DNA of 64,000 nt, taken from assembly GCF_018350175.1 (NCBI RefSeq), contig NC_058369.1:24430001-24494000 (forward strand), given 5' to 3'. The stretch comes from Felis catus. Its lineage: Eukaryota. Positions 1 to 12,434 of the stretch are shown here, one piece after another. Both the position numbers and the translations under genes were made by a program. Each line of letters opens with the position of its first letter. Position 1 is the stretch's first letter. A model generated the notes under the pieces. The model was not told the origin of the DNA and ran no database searches. It was given only the letters and a program-made list of their open reading frames with translations.

Positions 1-31
1 TTTCTACTTGAATGTGTGTACATGTGTATAC

Positions 32-57
32 GTGTGTGTGTGTGTGTGTGTGTGTGT
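32..57. repeat. (GT)n microsatellite
   Basis: Pure GT run, preceded by a degenerate TG/TA tract from ~13. Confidence 0.95.
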
Positions 58-258
58 AGGCATGTATGTGTTCTCTTTATTAAAACAGGACAATACTATA
101 TATGCTGTGGAAAAGTCTACTGTATGCACTTGACATAAAATCTGAATAACCCAGTCTTTTATATAAACTTGACCAGCAGGGCAATAATGAGTAAAGGCAG
201 CCAGGAGAGGCAGTAAGAGTGCTCCATCATGGGTAGGAGAATTTATTTGGTATTGTTT

Positions 259-484
259 GTTTTTTTTTTTAATTTTTTTTTCAACGTTTATTTATTTTTG
301 GGACAGAGAGAGACAGAGCATGAACGGGCGAGGGGCAGAGAGAGAGGGAGACACAGAATCGGAAACAGGCTCCAGGCTCTGAGCCATCAGCCCAGAGCCC
401 GATGCGGGGCTCGAACTCACGGACCGCAAGATCGTGACCTGGCTGAAGTCGGACGCTTAACCGACTGTGCCACCCAGGCGCCCC
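259..484 (-). mobile_element. Can-SINE, young SINEC_Fc type
   Basis: tRNA-derived head GGGGCGCCTGGGTGGC on the minus strand, (CT) tract and poly-A tail. TSD t(a/g)tttggtattgttt at 244-258 / 485-499. Confidence 0.96.
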
Positions 485-1644
485 TGTTTGGTATTGTTTA
501 GAAACATAAAAGCACTGTGAATAAAAGCACACTGATTTTTAGTCTGCTTATTATTGTTTCTAAATCCTCCACAGACAATCCACTCTGCTATCACCTGTGC
601 CTGGAAGGGGCAGCATCTACTGCCCCACGCTCTTTGGCAAGATGCTGCACTAGGAAAGATGGTGTCTTGGGTGGAGGTTCTCAGAAACAGGGATGACTCA
701 TTGGTTTTGCACAAATTGAAAGGCACACACACTGTGCTCTTGTTAGACAAGTAAGAAAACTGTCCCCACTCCCTCCTCATGGAGATCTTCAGAAAACATG
801 TAAGGCAATACCCACCATGTCCTTTATGATCTTGGGAGGAAAAGTGTCAGGCAAAGTCAATTAAAGATATTAAAAATACAGCCCATCTTCAATGGAGTCC
901 TGGCAACTCATCCAGTCAGGCAGTTCTCCTCTACATTCACTGCTGAATAACAGGACAGATGACTTTCTTTCTTTTCCTTCTTTTGTCTTTCCTTTTCTTT
1001 TTTTTTAATGTATCAAAGACCAAAACTTCTTGAGATGAGTTATTGAGAAGATATAAGGGAAACAGAATAAACTGCTCTAAAAACAATCAAGCTGTCTGCA
1101 CAGACACAATTGGAGTTTAGTTTCTAAAAACTATAATGGTATAATTTTCCTGTTGGCCATTCCCTTAAAATAATAACTGAACTGGCAAATCCATTCCTCA
1201 TAAACACTTTCATCATCTTTGGCTTGACGAGGCCTAGCTACTGAGCCACAGATAAAAGTTTCTTCAAGATAGTAAATCATGAGCCATATGTTAGAAATTA
1301 CCCCATGCCCCTATAAATGAGACGGTACCCCCCTTTGTCTTTTCCAAAACAGTGGAAGGGATTTTTGGCAGCCAGACACACATTAGAATCCCTAGGAATA
1401 ACACTGCTAATCCCCAACACAACATTTTTAAGCCTTCAGAGTCGTATGTCACAATAGTATTTTTACAGTGTCTGGAGAGATCATGTTTATAAAAACAGAT
1501 TCAAAACAACAACAAAAAAAAGATAACTGGAAACTGAGCTCCAGCCATCTCAGGTGTGAGGAAAACTCTTGATGTGGGCAGTGTCTTTGCCTGGAAACAC
1601 AGACATCATCATGAGAAATAGCAAAATGCTATTATGATGGACAA

Positions 1645-1822
1645 CCCGGGCTCTGCAGCCCAGTGGCCTGGATTCAAATCCTGACTCCATTAGTTGCTAG
1701 CTGTTATGACCCAGAGCAAGTAACTTAACCTCTCTGTATCTCAGCTTTGGTATCTGTGCAATGGGAATGGTAATAGTACTTGCTTCACACAGTTATGAGA
1801 ATTAAATGTAATAATACAAAGG
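1645..1822 (+). mobile_element. MIR
   Basis: MIR core: ggattcaaatcctgactcc...gcaagtaacttaacctctctg...gagaattaaatg. Confidence 0.8.
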
Positions 1823-1924
1823 CTTCCAATATTTTTCTGAAATATAGTTTAGAATAGGCCTCCTACTATAGCAAAAAATTTTGAGTGATAACTAGAGTCA
1901 AGGTTTTTACAGTCCATGCCTAAA

Positions 1925-2060
1925 AGTGGACTATTCACTTTTGCTCATATTGGCCAGAACTTAGTCATATGGCCATACATGTAAGGCATCTGCAAGATGT
2001 AGTCCAGTTGTGTGCCCATGAAGAACAAGGGAATGGGGTACTGGTGACAACGGCAGTCCA
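1925..2060. mobile_element. MLT1-like (ERVL-MaLR) LTR fragment
   Basis: attggccagaacttagtcatatggcca...gatgtagtc...tgtgtgccca resembles an MLT1J/K terminus; named from memory. Confidence 0.55.
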
Positions 2061-2859
2061 TAAAACATGGATTTCACAGAAATGAAAGTTTCATGAAACA
2101 ATTCCTCTGCTTACTAAACATGAGAAACTAATATTTCTATTCCACTCCACTCAATTCTAATCTTTTTCATTTAAAACATGTTGGTCATGACCAAATCAGG
2201 TGTTTGTCACAATCCACTAATATCTTGCTCAGTAAGTGTTAGTTGTTGTTATTAGCAATGGTGGTGGCAGCGGGCACAAGGACAAACTAGATGCTTTTGA
2301 ATTTTTCAGAAAATTCTTGGTATTTGGTTCCACAACACTTTACAATGATGACATGCATTCTGAGTTCAGGTATTAAGAGTCTGAAACATGCATCTAGAAA
2401 CAATGATCAATTCCTAGAGCCCAGGCTGCTTTTGGAACACATAACTAATTATAATCATACACTGTAGAAACTAATATTAATAAGCACGCACACACACCCA
2501 CACACACATGTGCACAGAGAAATGAAAAATGACCACTAAAAAAGACGAGAGAGTACATAAAGGAGCCCTGACAAGAAAAAGAGAGATTAATCCTCTCTGA
2601 ATGCACAAAAGCAAGCACAGAGCCCAGGTACTGCTCTAGCAATGAGTGCACAAGTGATAGGCCAGGTTTTGTTCTTCATATCATGGCCCTATAAAGTCTT
2701 CACAAATTGTGCAATATTTGCACAAGAACATGTGTACAATATTCTTCCCTGGCCTTTGTGATGTGCTAAGGGATCTGAACTTCCCCTCTATACTCATGAA
2801 AGGCTATTTAAGAATTCAAGGTATGACATAATACATAATCAGATATGTATTTCAGATGA

Positions 2860-3300
2860 ATACCTAGGGATATACTAGGGCTGGCCTGATGTGAAGCAGG
2901 GAGATGGTGAGGAGGTTGCCACAGAGAAGACAGTGGTCTGAAATAAGGCAGAGATGGTAGGTAGAGAAAGAAGGGCCCTGAGTCAGAGGATTCACAGAGG
3001 CTTAAACTAGTAGACTCTGTGACTGACTTATAGATAAGAAAAATCTCCAGGGAGGAAGTGCAGTCTTCTGACTTGGACAACTGAGTAGATGAACTGCTAT
3101 TTGGTGAGATGAGGAACACAGAAAGAGAAACAGGGACTTTGATGAATTCAATTTTATACAAGTTATGTTTGAGGTACCTGAGGCTCAGTCAAAGATGCCC
3201 AGTCAGCATCAGAAATGTGGGCTAGAAGTGAAATAAGAGTGCTATGGAGACCCAGATTTGGGAATTAGAAGCAAATGAATGATGGTTAAACTCAGGGGGT
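2860..3300 (-). mobile_element. LINE-2 fragment
   Basis: Purine-rich diverged L2 motifs, e.g. ttctgacttggacaactgagtagatg and gatgaattcaattttatacaagttatgtttgaggtacctg. Confidence 0.65.
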
Positions 3301-3489
3301 CACTGTGGAATTGGATCTAACTACAAAGACACCACAGGCCAACCCCCCACCCCCAGCCCTCAGTGTCACCAACCCAATGCACAACAGAAAGTGGCAGTTG
3401 GGATAAGGAATGGGAAGGAGCTTGAGTGCTTACTAAACAGAACAGGCAATAGCATAACACCCAACTGACCTTGGACTATGGCTTGGTTT

Positions 3490-3935
3490 CTTTATTCATT
3501 CACCAGGTGTTTATTGAGCCTCTAATATATAAGAGGCACTGTGTCAGAGACTGAAGAAACCATGGTAAACAAGAGAGACTTGGCACCTACCCATGGTCTA
3601 GTGGGCAAGGAAGCCAAAAACAAGGAAGCAAATAAAAAATCAATACAGAATACCATGAAGAAAACACGGTACTGAAACAGAGAATATCAGGGAAGGGGAA
3701 GGACCTACTCAGATTATAAGATCAGAGAAGCCTTTTAATAGGTAGCATTTAAATAGAGACCTCAAGAGATGCCTGGGTGGCTCAGTCAGTTAAGCATCCA
3801 ACTTTGGCTCAGGTCATGATCTCGTGGTTTGTGAGTTCAAGCCCCACATCAGGCTCTGTGCTGACAGCTCAAAGCCTGGATTCTGCCTCAGATTCTGTGT
3901 CTCCTTCTCTCTCTGCCCCTTCCCTTCCCACACTC

Positions 3936-3975
<40 letters not shown>

Positions 3976-4490
3976 AAATAAACATTTAAAAATTAAAAAA
4001 AAAATAGAGACCTCAAGAATGAGAAAGAACCCAATGGGGAGAAGGGAAGAGGGAATTGGGCTTTAGACAAGGACAAAGGAAAGATGCTGGATGTTTGAAA
4101 AACTGACCAGTGTTATGAAGCTTAGAAAACAAAGGGGCATGGTGAGTAAGGGTTAGATCATAGGAAGGAGTTTGGATTTCACTCTAAAGGTAATGGAGAG
4201 CTATCAAAGGTGTCTTAGCAGGAGAATAACATAAGACACATACTTTTTGGCTTCCATGTAGAAAATGGATGAAGGAGGAATTGTGGACTCAGGGGCACCA
4301 GACAAGAAGTGAACACCAATGGTGGTCTAGACCAGGGGGTTAGTCAGGGATATGAGGAGGAGTCAAATGCCTTTGAAATATAATTGGAGGGATAATCATC
4401 AGGACTTAGTTATAAATAGGATAGAGTGGGTGGGTGGAACAATCAAAGATGATTCCAAAGTTTCCAGCTTGAGCAGCCGAGTGGATTTTA
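3490..4490 (-). mobile_element. LINE-2 3' end, interrupted by a Can-SINE
   Basis: attcattcaccaggtgtttattgagcc...aggcactgtg is the reverse complement of the L2 3' terminus; L2 body motifs continue to ~4490. Confidence 0.7.
3766..4001 (+). mobile_element. Can-SINE, SINEC_Fc2 type
   Basis: SINE head, (CT)n and A tail. TSD aaatagagacctcaa at 3751-3765 / 4002-4016. Confidence 0.95.
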
Positions 4491-5122
4491 GTATTTATCT
4501 CTCAAGGTTATTGTGAGGGATGAAGAAATAACATGTGTGCATCACTCAGCACCAAGGCCAGCACATTAGGTGAGCGGCTGTAAACAGGTGTCTTCCTCAT
4601 CAATATTACTCTTCCCGCATGATAGATCTACACCTAAAATCAGGTTTCAGGATTGGTTTGTCTTCATTTTCTACTCTCCTCCACCACACAGAACTCTGGA
4701 CTGTTCCGTTAACTTCTTTCCCATGCATTCTGCTTACTCAAACCCTCATCAGGAGGGGAAAAAAATTGAAAAATACTTAGCATATTTTTGCTAACAAAAA
4801 TATCTTTCCTCCCAGCTTAACTTTCCTCCCAATTCTAACAAGTGAGTCACATTAGTCAGTTCCTCCCACCAGGGCCACCCTCATCTAGCCGAGAATAAAA
4901 AACCATTCCTATTCTCATGTCTAAAACTCCAAGTGGCTCTTGGCCAAAGATGTGAATCTAGAAATCCCCCAAGCAAAATTCATATCCCAGAGCCTAGCAA
5001 TTATTTCCAATAATACAGCTCACATTAATACCATTTGTCTTTTAGTAACTGAGTTAACTTTCTGCTGCTTAGGCCAGGATTCATAAGATAATATCCTTCA
5101 GATAGAAAAGAGGGGCTGCATT

Positions 5123-5326
5123 GGGGCGCCTGGGTGGCTCAGTTGGTTAAGCGTCCGATTTCGGCTCAGGTCATGATCTCACGGTTCGTGAGTTCGGGCC
5201 CCGCGTCGGGCTGTGTGCTGACAGCTCAGGGCCTGGAGTCTGCTTCTGACTCTGTGTCTCCCTCCCCTCAGCTCCTCCCCTGCTCACACTCTGTCTCTCT
5301 CTCAAAGATAAATAAAGATTAAAAAA
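5123..5326 (+). mobile_element. Can-SINE, SINEC_Fc2 type
   Basis: ggggcgcctgggtggctcag head. TSD agaaaagaggg(g)ctgca at 5104-5120 / 5327-5342. Confidence 0.95.
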
Positions 5327-5377
5327 AGAAAAGAGGGCTGCAAAGATCTCAAGCATTACACACAAGAAGGAAGCAGT

Positions 5378-5585
5378 CAGTGGTGTGCTGGAACCAGCTT
5401 CTTACCAGCTTAGGAGAGCTAATTGTGCATTTCTTCCCAACTCTGAGTTCAAAGACATCATATTGGTAGCTTGAAATCAGCCACAGTGAGAGTAATTACC
5501 CCCACAGACCTCTGCAAATGATACAAATCAGGAGTTTCCTTCCCTTTTAAGAGCCAGCTGTTAAATATTTACCAGCACACCACTG
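5378..5585 (+). mobile_element. MER63A-like hAT (Blackjack) MITE
   Basis: Perfect 14-bp TIRs cagtggtgtgctgg / ccagcacaccactg; 8-bp TSD gaagcagt / gaagcagc. Confidence 0.9.
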
Positions 5586-7627
5586 GAAGCAGCTTTTATT
5601 TTTAAGGTGCCATTTAATAGGCACTTGCTGTGTACCTGGCACTGTGGTAGGCACCTTACTCTTGTTACCTCACTTAGCTCGGCAACTCCCAGACAGGACA
5701 CTGAACTTGTCAGAGCTCCTGTCACTCATCTTGCTGCCTCCTTCCTCCTGGCCTAAATTGTCCTCAGTCCTTCTGCCTAGTTTTCCCTTCTCACCTCACC
5801 CCACCTTCACTACCATCTCCCTAACATCTGTCTCAGCAATCCTTATGAAACCTTGGATCCCTCAGGAATTAAATTCAGCAAGCCATCTACCATGTACAAA
5901 GCAAATGGAACTGTTACTCCTTCTGTGTCCCTTCTGTGTCATGCACAAACCTGTCATGGAAGTTTATATTTTGGAAGTTCATCATTATTTATTATTTGAA
6001 CTATATGAAAATGCTCATATTCATTTTTTTTTACTTATAAAACATGAAATGGAGTCATTTTGGAGTCAGTCTGCTGCTTTTGGGAGAACTACATACAAAT
6101 CAAAACTTTATTCCAGAAGTATGAGAAATCAGCATGCTCCAAACCCTTTTTCCTTAATTTTCTTTTCCTTTTTAAGGAACTGGGAGTAGAATCAATAAAA
6201 CAGGACAATTCATTAAAAAACAAGCCTAGCAAAGTATCCATTCCCAACTCCATAATCCTCTGTCTATACATACACAGCCCAGCCACCAGGGGAGGATTGA
6301 TGAAAGCCATTTGCTTCAGTGGGTACAACAGGCTATACCCTCAGCAGAAGCCCAGAGTGTTAAGTGACTTCTCTAAAACAAAACAAAACAAAAAAACAAA
6401 ACAAAAATACTAAGACAATATCTAACCATCAGATACATACATTTTGCTATCAGCAAACAATAAAAGGTTAAGAATACGCTCTGATTCACAATAAATTAGT
6501 TCTTGTGGAATGATTTCTTCTTCACAACACTAAGAACATAATGCCTTAATATGTTTCTAGAGAATTCCTCCTTGCTTCTGGAAGTCTGTTCTCTGAACCG
6601 CTTTCAGAAAGGATGCTTTATTAACATGCTTGGCTATACAAGATGCAAATGTTGCCATTAACTGAGAGTCAAATTACAAAAACATAACTTCTTCCAATGT
6701 CTGGATCAAAATAGTCATCAGAACATTGGTTTGGCCATCTTTGTATTCCACTATTAGGCAGGATACCACAGGCCATATGAGAGGAGCATAAGATTTTAGC
6801 CTGCTGGCAATATCCAAAGTCTGCAGTCACTTTCCCTGACAACTACTTGTAGCCAAAAATTTTCTCAGGTGAAAATTCCATTTAGGTTTTGAAACCTCAA
6901 GTTACCTTACCCATGAATTGCAGTGCCTTTTAGGGAGATATAAAATGACTGATACGGGGGGTGAAAACGGGTTTCCCTTAATTATCCAAAAAACACTATA
7001 CACTCTTATAAATAACTGTAAAGGTAAATTATAATTACAAAATCTGAGTATAATGATTTTGTATCTGTATAAAGCCTCTGGAAATATCCTAATTGAGGAA
7101 CCCATATGTAACTGCAATGCAATCTAGAATGAAAAACAGTTGGCAACCGTAATAGAGAATTTTGAGTGTCTCCAAACTCAAGCTCCTAAAAGGCTACCAA
7201 GCCTATGCTACTAATTGGTTAAGAAATATAAAATGCATTATTCAACCACTGACATTGAAATCACACATGTTTTAGGTCTAAAATATCTTAGGCCTTCAAG
7301 CTAAGAAAGCATTTGGGCAAAAGACAAGCTGGCATTGCATTTGGGCTCCTATTTCCCGAACGACATTGTAGAAGTTTCTTTGTACAACTGAAACCTAACC
7401 CTCTTTGGGAAAACATTTCTGCCCATTACCAGCTTATCAGAGACCATCAAGAATGGGATCACCCAGTATCTCCTTCTTGACTTGATTAAACTATTATTAA
7501 ATGCCTGAGAGAAGGAGAGTGGCCTAACAACCTCTGACTTTAAGTAACTCTAAGAGCTATTTGTGGTAGCTGAAGAAGCCCAGATTTTTCTGGCCACTTT
7601 TGTATTTCTTGACCTCTAGCTTAAAAG

Positions 7628-8118
7628 TGATGAAGTTTGGGGTGATGGGGGATTCGTGGGGTCTGGAGCTGACAGCCAAGAAAGAATTCTTGAAGATGTC
7701 TTTGGTGCAAACAGGTGATTTCATTAAAGCATGGGGACAGGACCCATGGGCAGGAAGAGCTGCACTGGGGTTGTAGGGGGTAACCATTTTATGGAGTTGG
7801 AAGAGATAAAGTTTCCAAAGAGACTTTCACATACTAAAGACTCACTGGAGGCCTAGCTATGGTCAACCTAAGGTTGCTTTTCCCTCTAGCAAAGCAGTAA
7901 CATTAAGACAATACGGAGCTTCTGGACTTCGCCTATTGTTGGGATTGCCTTTTTCTGGTAAACTGGTGGAGACTCTTATCAGTTTGACCATTTGTTTTTT
8001 GTCCTTTCCTGTTTTGGAGTAGCTGGGAGTGTCCAAGGAATATCATACATGTCCCTCCTGGTTGGAAGCGGGGTGCTAGTTAGTGCTTTGCCCCTCAGCC
8101 TGCCCCACACTCTCATCA
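7628..8118 (-). mobile_element. Carnivore ERV1-class solo LTR (CarLTR1-like)
   Basis: Inverted termini tgatga...tcatca; 4-bp TSD aaag at 7624-7627 / 8119-8122; degenerate polyA signal (aatgaa) on the minus strand; 491 bp. Confidence 0.85.
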
Positions 8119-10129
8119 AAAGGGGTACAATTAAGTCCTACTCATCCTAATGAGGACAAAAGAGAGAATTATTTCTTATTTGAAGAAAACCCAATTATCA
8201 AGTCATGGTATACTCTTTAATTATACATAATTTTACAGCAATTTCTTTAAAATCTGCATCAAGCCTTTTTTTCAATTACTTAATAAGTACCAACTGAAAA
8301 TGTTTCAGATATGATGAAAAGGCACATTCCCCTATCTGTACTGTTTCTACAACAGATCAGGAATGAGCACCCCCTGAATCATCTCAATTACTTTGTGACT
8401 ATTCTCCAAGAAAAGAAGCATATTAAAAACAGAAGATACAAAAGACAAACTGAAACCTTGGGAATAGAAATTATAGTATTTATTTAGAGTGAGCTTGGTA
8501 AAAACTAAGTAAATGCCCTCTCATGATAAGCTCATAGACTAACCTAAAGAACAACCCTGTTAGGTTACATTTTTATTGTCTTGGAGAAACATTCACAATA
8601 CAACAATTAATCAGATTGTTCTAAGTTCCATGAAGACAGTGGTGGTCTATCACAATTGCTTATACCAGTGTGCCCCATCTCCCAAAAAGGGGCCTGGCAC
8701 AGAGTCAGCATTCAGAAGATATCTGTATACTGGATGCATGATTTCATTTTACTTTTGCTTTGCTAAGTATACTTAAAGTCCCGTTTTTATTAACAGACAT
8801 GCAAATATTTATAATTAGATCCTCTGAAGTTTTTAAAGTGGCATATACACTTAATCAAATGTATATTTAGAAAGTATTGAAAAATCTCCCAATCACATGA
8901 AAAAAAGGCAAAATATGGCCCCCAACAGAGCCACTTATACTCAGCAAGACAGGTTTTTTTTGAAGAATGGGGTATGTGTGCACGTGCTTATGCATGCATG
9001 TGTGCACATGTGTGTGTATATGTGTGTCTGTGTGTCTCATTATAAAGCCAGTAAACTGGACTGAGATTGTCTTTGATTTCTGTTTCTTCAAAAGTATTTT
9101 CACATAAAGTCTTTTAACACTCCATAAAATTCTGCCCTCTCTTAACAAAACTGCTTGTCTCATATAGAATCCCCATTTCTTTGAACAATAGCAACCAAAA
9201 AAGACCCAATCCTTACTATCTGCCACCCAGGCATCAACATTTCCTCCATCGAAGAAATTATCAGGGAATATGGTAACCAGGTTCCATCTGCCCTCAGCTT
9301 TTATTTTTCAGCCTGCAGACAACTAAATACTTGATTAAAGTAAGCAGAAGACTTTGTTCCATAGCTGTATATGACAATACTTATGATTGCTATGGAAATA
9401 TTCCTCATTAAACTCATCTCCAAATTGTTGTCCCCATGTTCAGGGTGCTGTCTTAGAAAAGGGGAGTATCTTTTCACAATTTGAGTCACTGGAGTACGTT
9501 GTATTCTGAGCAGGACCCCAATTACCCAGCATCTGATTAATGTCTGTCCAAACTCTTGCCCAGTAACAAGACCCTCTGTAACTCTGCTAACCACCTAACA
9601 ACCCACATCATTAGGGCCCATTATCTTTTATAATGTTGATTCTTGGTATCCAAGGGCTGTGGTTCAGACGGACTATTTAAAGGCATTAAAATAACAACAG
9701 CCTTGCCAGCTGTGGGCATGGCCACACCGAAACTACCATCAGGTCACAAGGCCAGATGCAACAGATGCCAGGAACAAGACTAAGGCAGACGGAGCACACA
9801 CTTAAGAAAACAGATCCACTTGTATTCCCAAAGGAGAGCAAATCCCATGGGTATTGAGAATCAATAGCTAGCAATATAGATGATGGTACACCCAACTTCT
9901 CTAACTAGCTCTAGTTGACCTCTTAAATTTTACCTCGTTTCTTGTCAAATTTCATCTTGAACAAGGCTTAACATTTGATCTTGGAAAATTTTATCTCTTT
10001 TTTTCCAGCCATAAGAGTCAACTCTACAAAAATCACATATGGAGTTCCTTATGCAACTGCCACTGGCTACTGTTCTTTCTATAAGCTCATTATGGAATAG
10101 GTATCATTGCTGAGCCCTCTCTACTTAAT

Positions 10130-10310
10130 AGGCATTTTGAAGGATTTTTCCTGTATTATTTAATCTTATAACAATAATTTCTGTTTCACAAATGGGGAAT
10201 GAGGTCAAAGAATGCTAATAACTTTCTCAAAGTCACCTGGCCAAAAAAAGAGCCAGGGTTTGAACACAGGTCTCTCTCACACTAAGATTCAGGTTCTTAG
10301 CCATGACACT
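10130..10310 (-). mobile_element. MIR
   Basis: tttaatcttataacaa...tttcacaaatggggaatgagg...agagccagggtttgaacacaggtct. Confidence 0.7.
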
Positions 10311-10667
10311 ACACTTAGAATTCATACTAGGCAATCTCAACCGATAGTTCCCAATTTTCCAAGGATGAAGACACATTTCCAATGACATAATGTTTCATAA
10401 GTTAACATGTAATGAAAAGGTTAGCATAGAGTCTAACATATACTAAATACCCAAGAAATGTTAGGTGTTTTATTACCATTGTTATGAAGGACCTCAGGAT
10501 AATAACTACTTGTTGGATTCACTGATGATGATGCTAATGAACAAATTAATTTCATATCCATTATAACAGCATCTACATTAATTTGAAAAAATAATGTACT
10601 GATATATATAAAAGATATGATTTGCTAAGTATAAAAGATCCTTGTAGCATACATATATGCAGACCTT

Positions 10668-10670
<3 letters not shown>

Positions 10671-10710
<40 letters not shown>
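10671..10710. repeat. (AC)20 microsatellite
   Basis: Pure AC run. Confidence 0.97.
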
Positions 10711-10714
<4 letters not shown>

Positions 10715-10938
10715 GTATGCAAACATGCCAGATTCAGAACACTTCTTGAGATCCCAACTTTTCTGAGCAGTATTCCAGAATCCTCTGGCAATCCTCTTCC
10801 TTCCATTAATTAACAGTCTATTAATAGTATCCTATACCTCCAAAGACACACCAAATGAATGTTTACATCATGCATTAATTATCTTTACTTAATTTCACCA
10901 CTTTTAACGGATGTGAATTCTTGCCTAGGCTAGGTTTA

Positions 10939-11178
10939 TTTATTTTTTTTTTTAACTTTTTTTTTAATTTTTTTTTTCAACGTTTATTTATTTTTGAGAC
11001 AGAGAGAGACAGAGCATGAACGGGGGAGGGCCAGAGAGAGGGAGACACAGAATTGGAAACAGGCTCCAGGCTCTGAGCCATCAGCCCAGAGCCTGACGCA
11101 GGGCTCGAACTCCGGGACCGCGAGATCGTGACCTGGCTGAAGTCGGACGCTTAACCTACTGCGCCACCCAGGCGCCCC
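10939..11178 (-). mobile_element. Can-SINE, young SINEC_Fc type
   Basis: Near-identical to the copies at 259 and 24432; perfect TSD taggctaggttta at 10926-10938 / 11179-11191. Confidence 0.96.
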
Positions 11179-12088
11179 TAGGCTAGGTTTAAATAGATGC
11201 AACTCAGCTAGATAAGTCAGCCTATGCCTGAAATATACTAATTTCTACCTTATACCAATAATAATGCAGTTAAATAATCAGAAGAACTGGATGGAGATAA
11301 GCAAAATGAAGGGCAGCTTCAAGGAGGGAAGGAAAGCATTTAGAATATGAGAAATAGGACACAAGAGAACTCTCATCAGTTGCTGTTCACACTGTTACAA
11401 AAACCCCAAGATGTTTGCTGCAGGCATCTGTATGACAATAAAATGCCTATTTCATAGGGATTCAAGACTAGAGATTATTTTTAGTAACTTTTCCCCTGAT
11501 TATAAAAGTAAGACATGGTATTTTTGAAAACAGGAAAAATACAGAATAGTTTAGGAAAAAAAGTAATCACTATGACCATACCCACACATAACTATTGACA
11601 TTTTTCTGTACTTCTAACCATCCTCTTATCTATTTATTTTTCAAACCATAGATCTATTTACATTTGTGGTTTTTCATAAAATAAAACTGAAATCATAGGA
11701 TCTAATAAGCTTATATCCTGACTTTTTCATTTAGCATTATGTCCTAAGATATTTTCCATTAACTATTCTTCAAAAATATTATATGCAATAGCATTAGAAT
11801 ATTCCATCTCATAGGCCTAAAGGATCTTAAAGATCATAATTACCTTTTATTTATGTTTAGATATTTGATTATAGGGTTAGAAGAAGGGAAAAAATGTTTT
11901 AAAACATTTTAAATGTTTTAAAAATGATTTTTATGTTGTTCAGTTACTTGGTAAACAGCAAACAAAAGGACACATCCCAATTGGGGTACCACGAGATTAG
12001 GGACATTGCTGTCTTAGCCACATCATGATTTCTTCAGGGCCTACAGAAGTACCTGGCACAATAAATATTTATTTAAAGGGAGGAGAAA

Positions 12089-12214
12089 GGAGCATCTGGG
12101 TGGCTCAGTCACTTGAGTGTCCAACTCTTGGTTTTGGCTCAGGTAATGATCTCAGGGTTCATGAGATTGAGCCCTGTGTCCGGCTCCATGCGGATGGTGC
12201 AGAGCCTGTTTGGG

Positions 12215-12274
<60 letters not shown>

Positions 12275-12434
12275 CCTCCCTCCCTCCCTCCCTCCCTCTC
12301 CCTCTCTCTTGCTGCCCCTCCTCCACTCTTGCTTTCTTTCTTTCTCACAATAAATAAACATAAAGAAAGAAAAGAAAGAAAAAAACAAAGAAACAAACAA
12401 AAAAACAGAAAGAAACAAAGAAACAAAGAAAGAG
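12089..12434 (+). mobile_element. Can-SINE, older SINEC_Fc3 type, with expanded (CT)n/(CCCT)n tract and (GAAA/CAAA)n tail
   Basis: actcttggttttggctcagg head variant. TSD aaagggaggagaaa at 12075-12088 vs aaagggagggaaaa at 12435-12448. Confidence 0.92.

Noticed and set aside
5644..6189. 181-aa ORF
   Set aside because: Non-ATG start, low-complexity L/S/P composition, no recognisable domain and no convincing splice context
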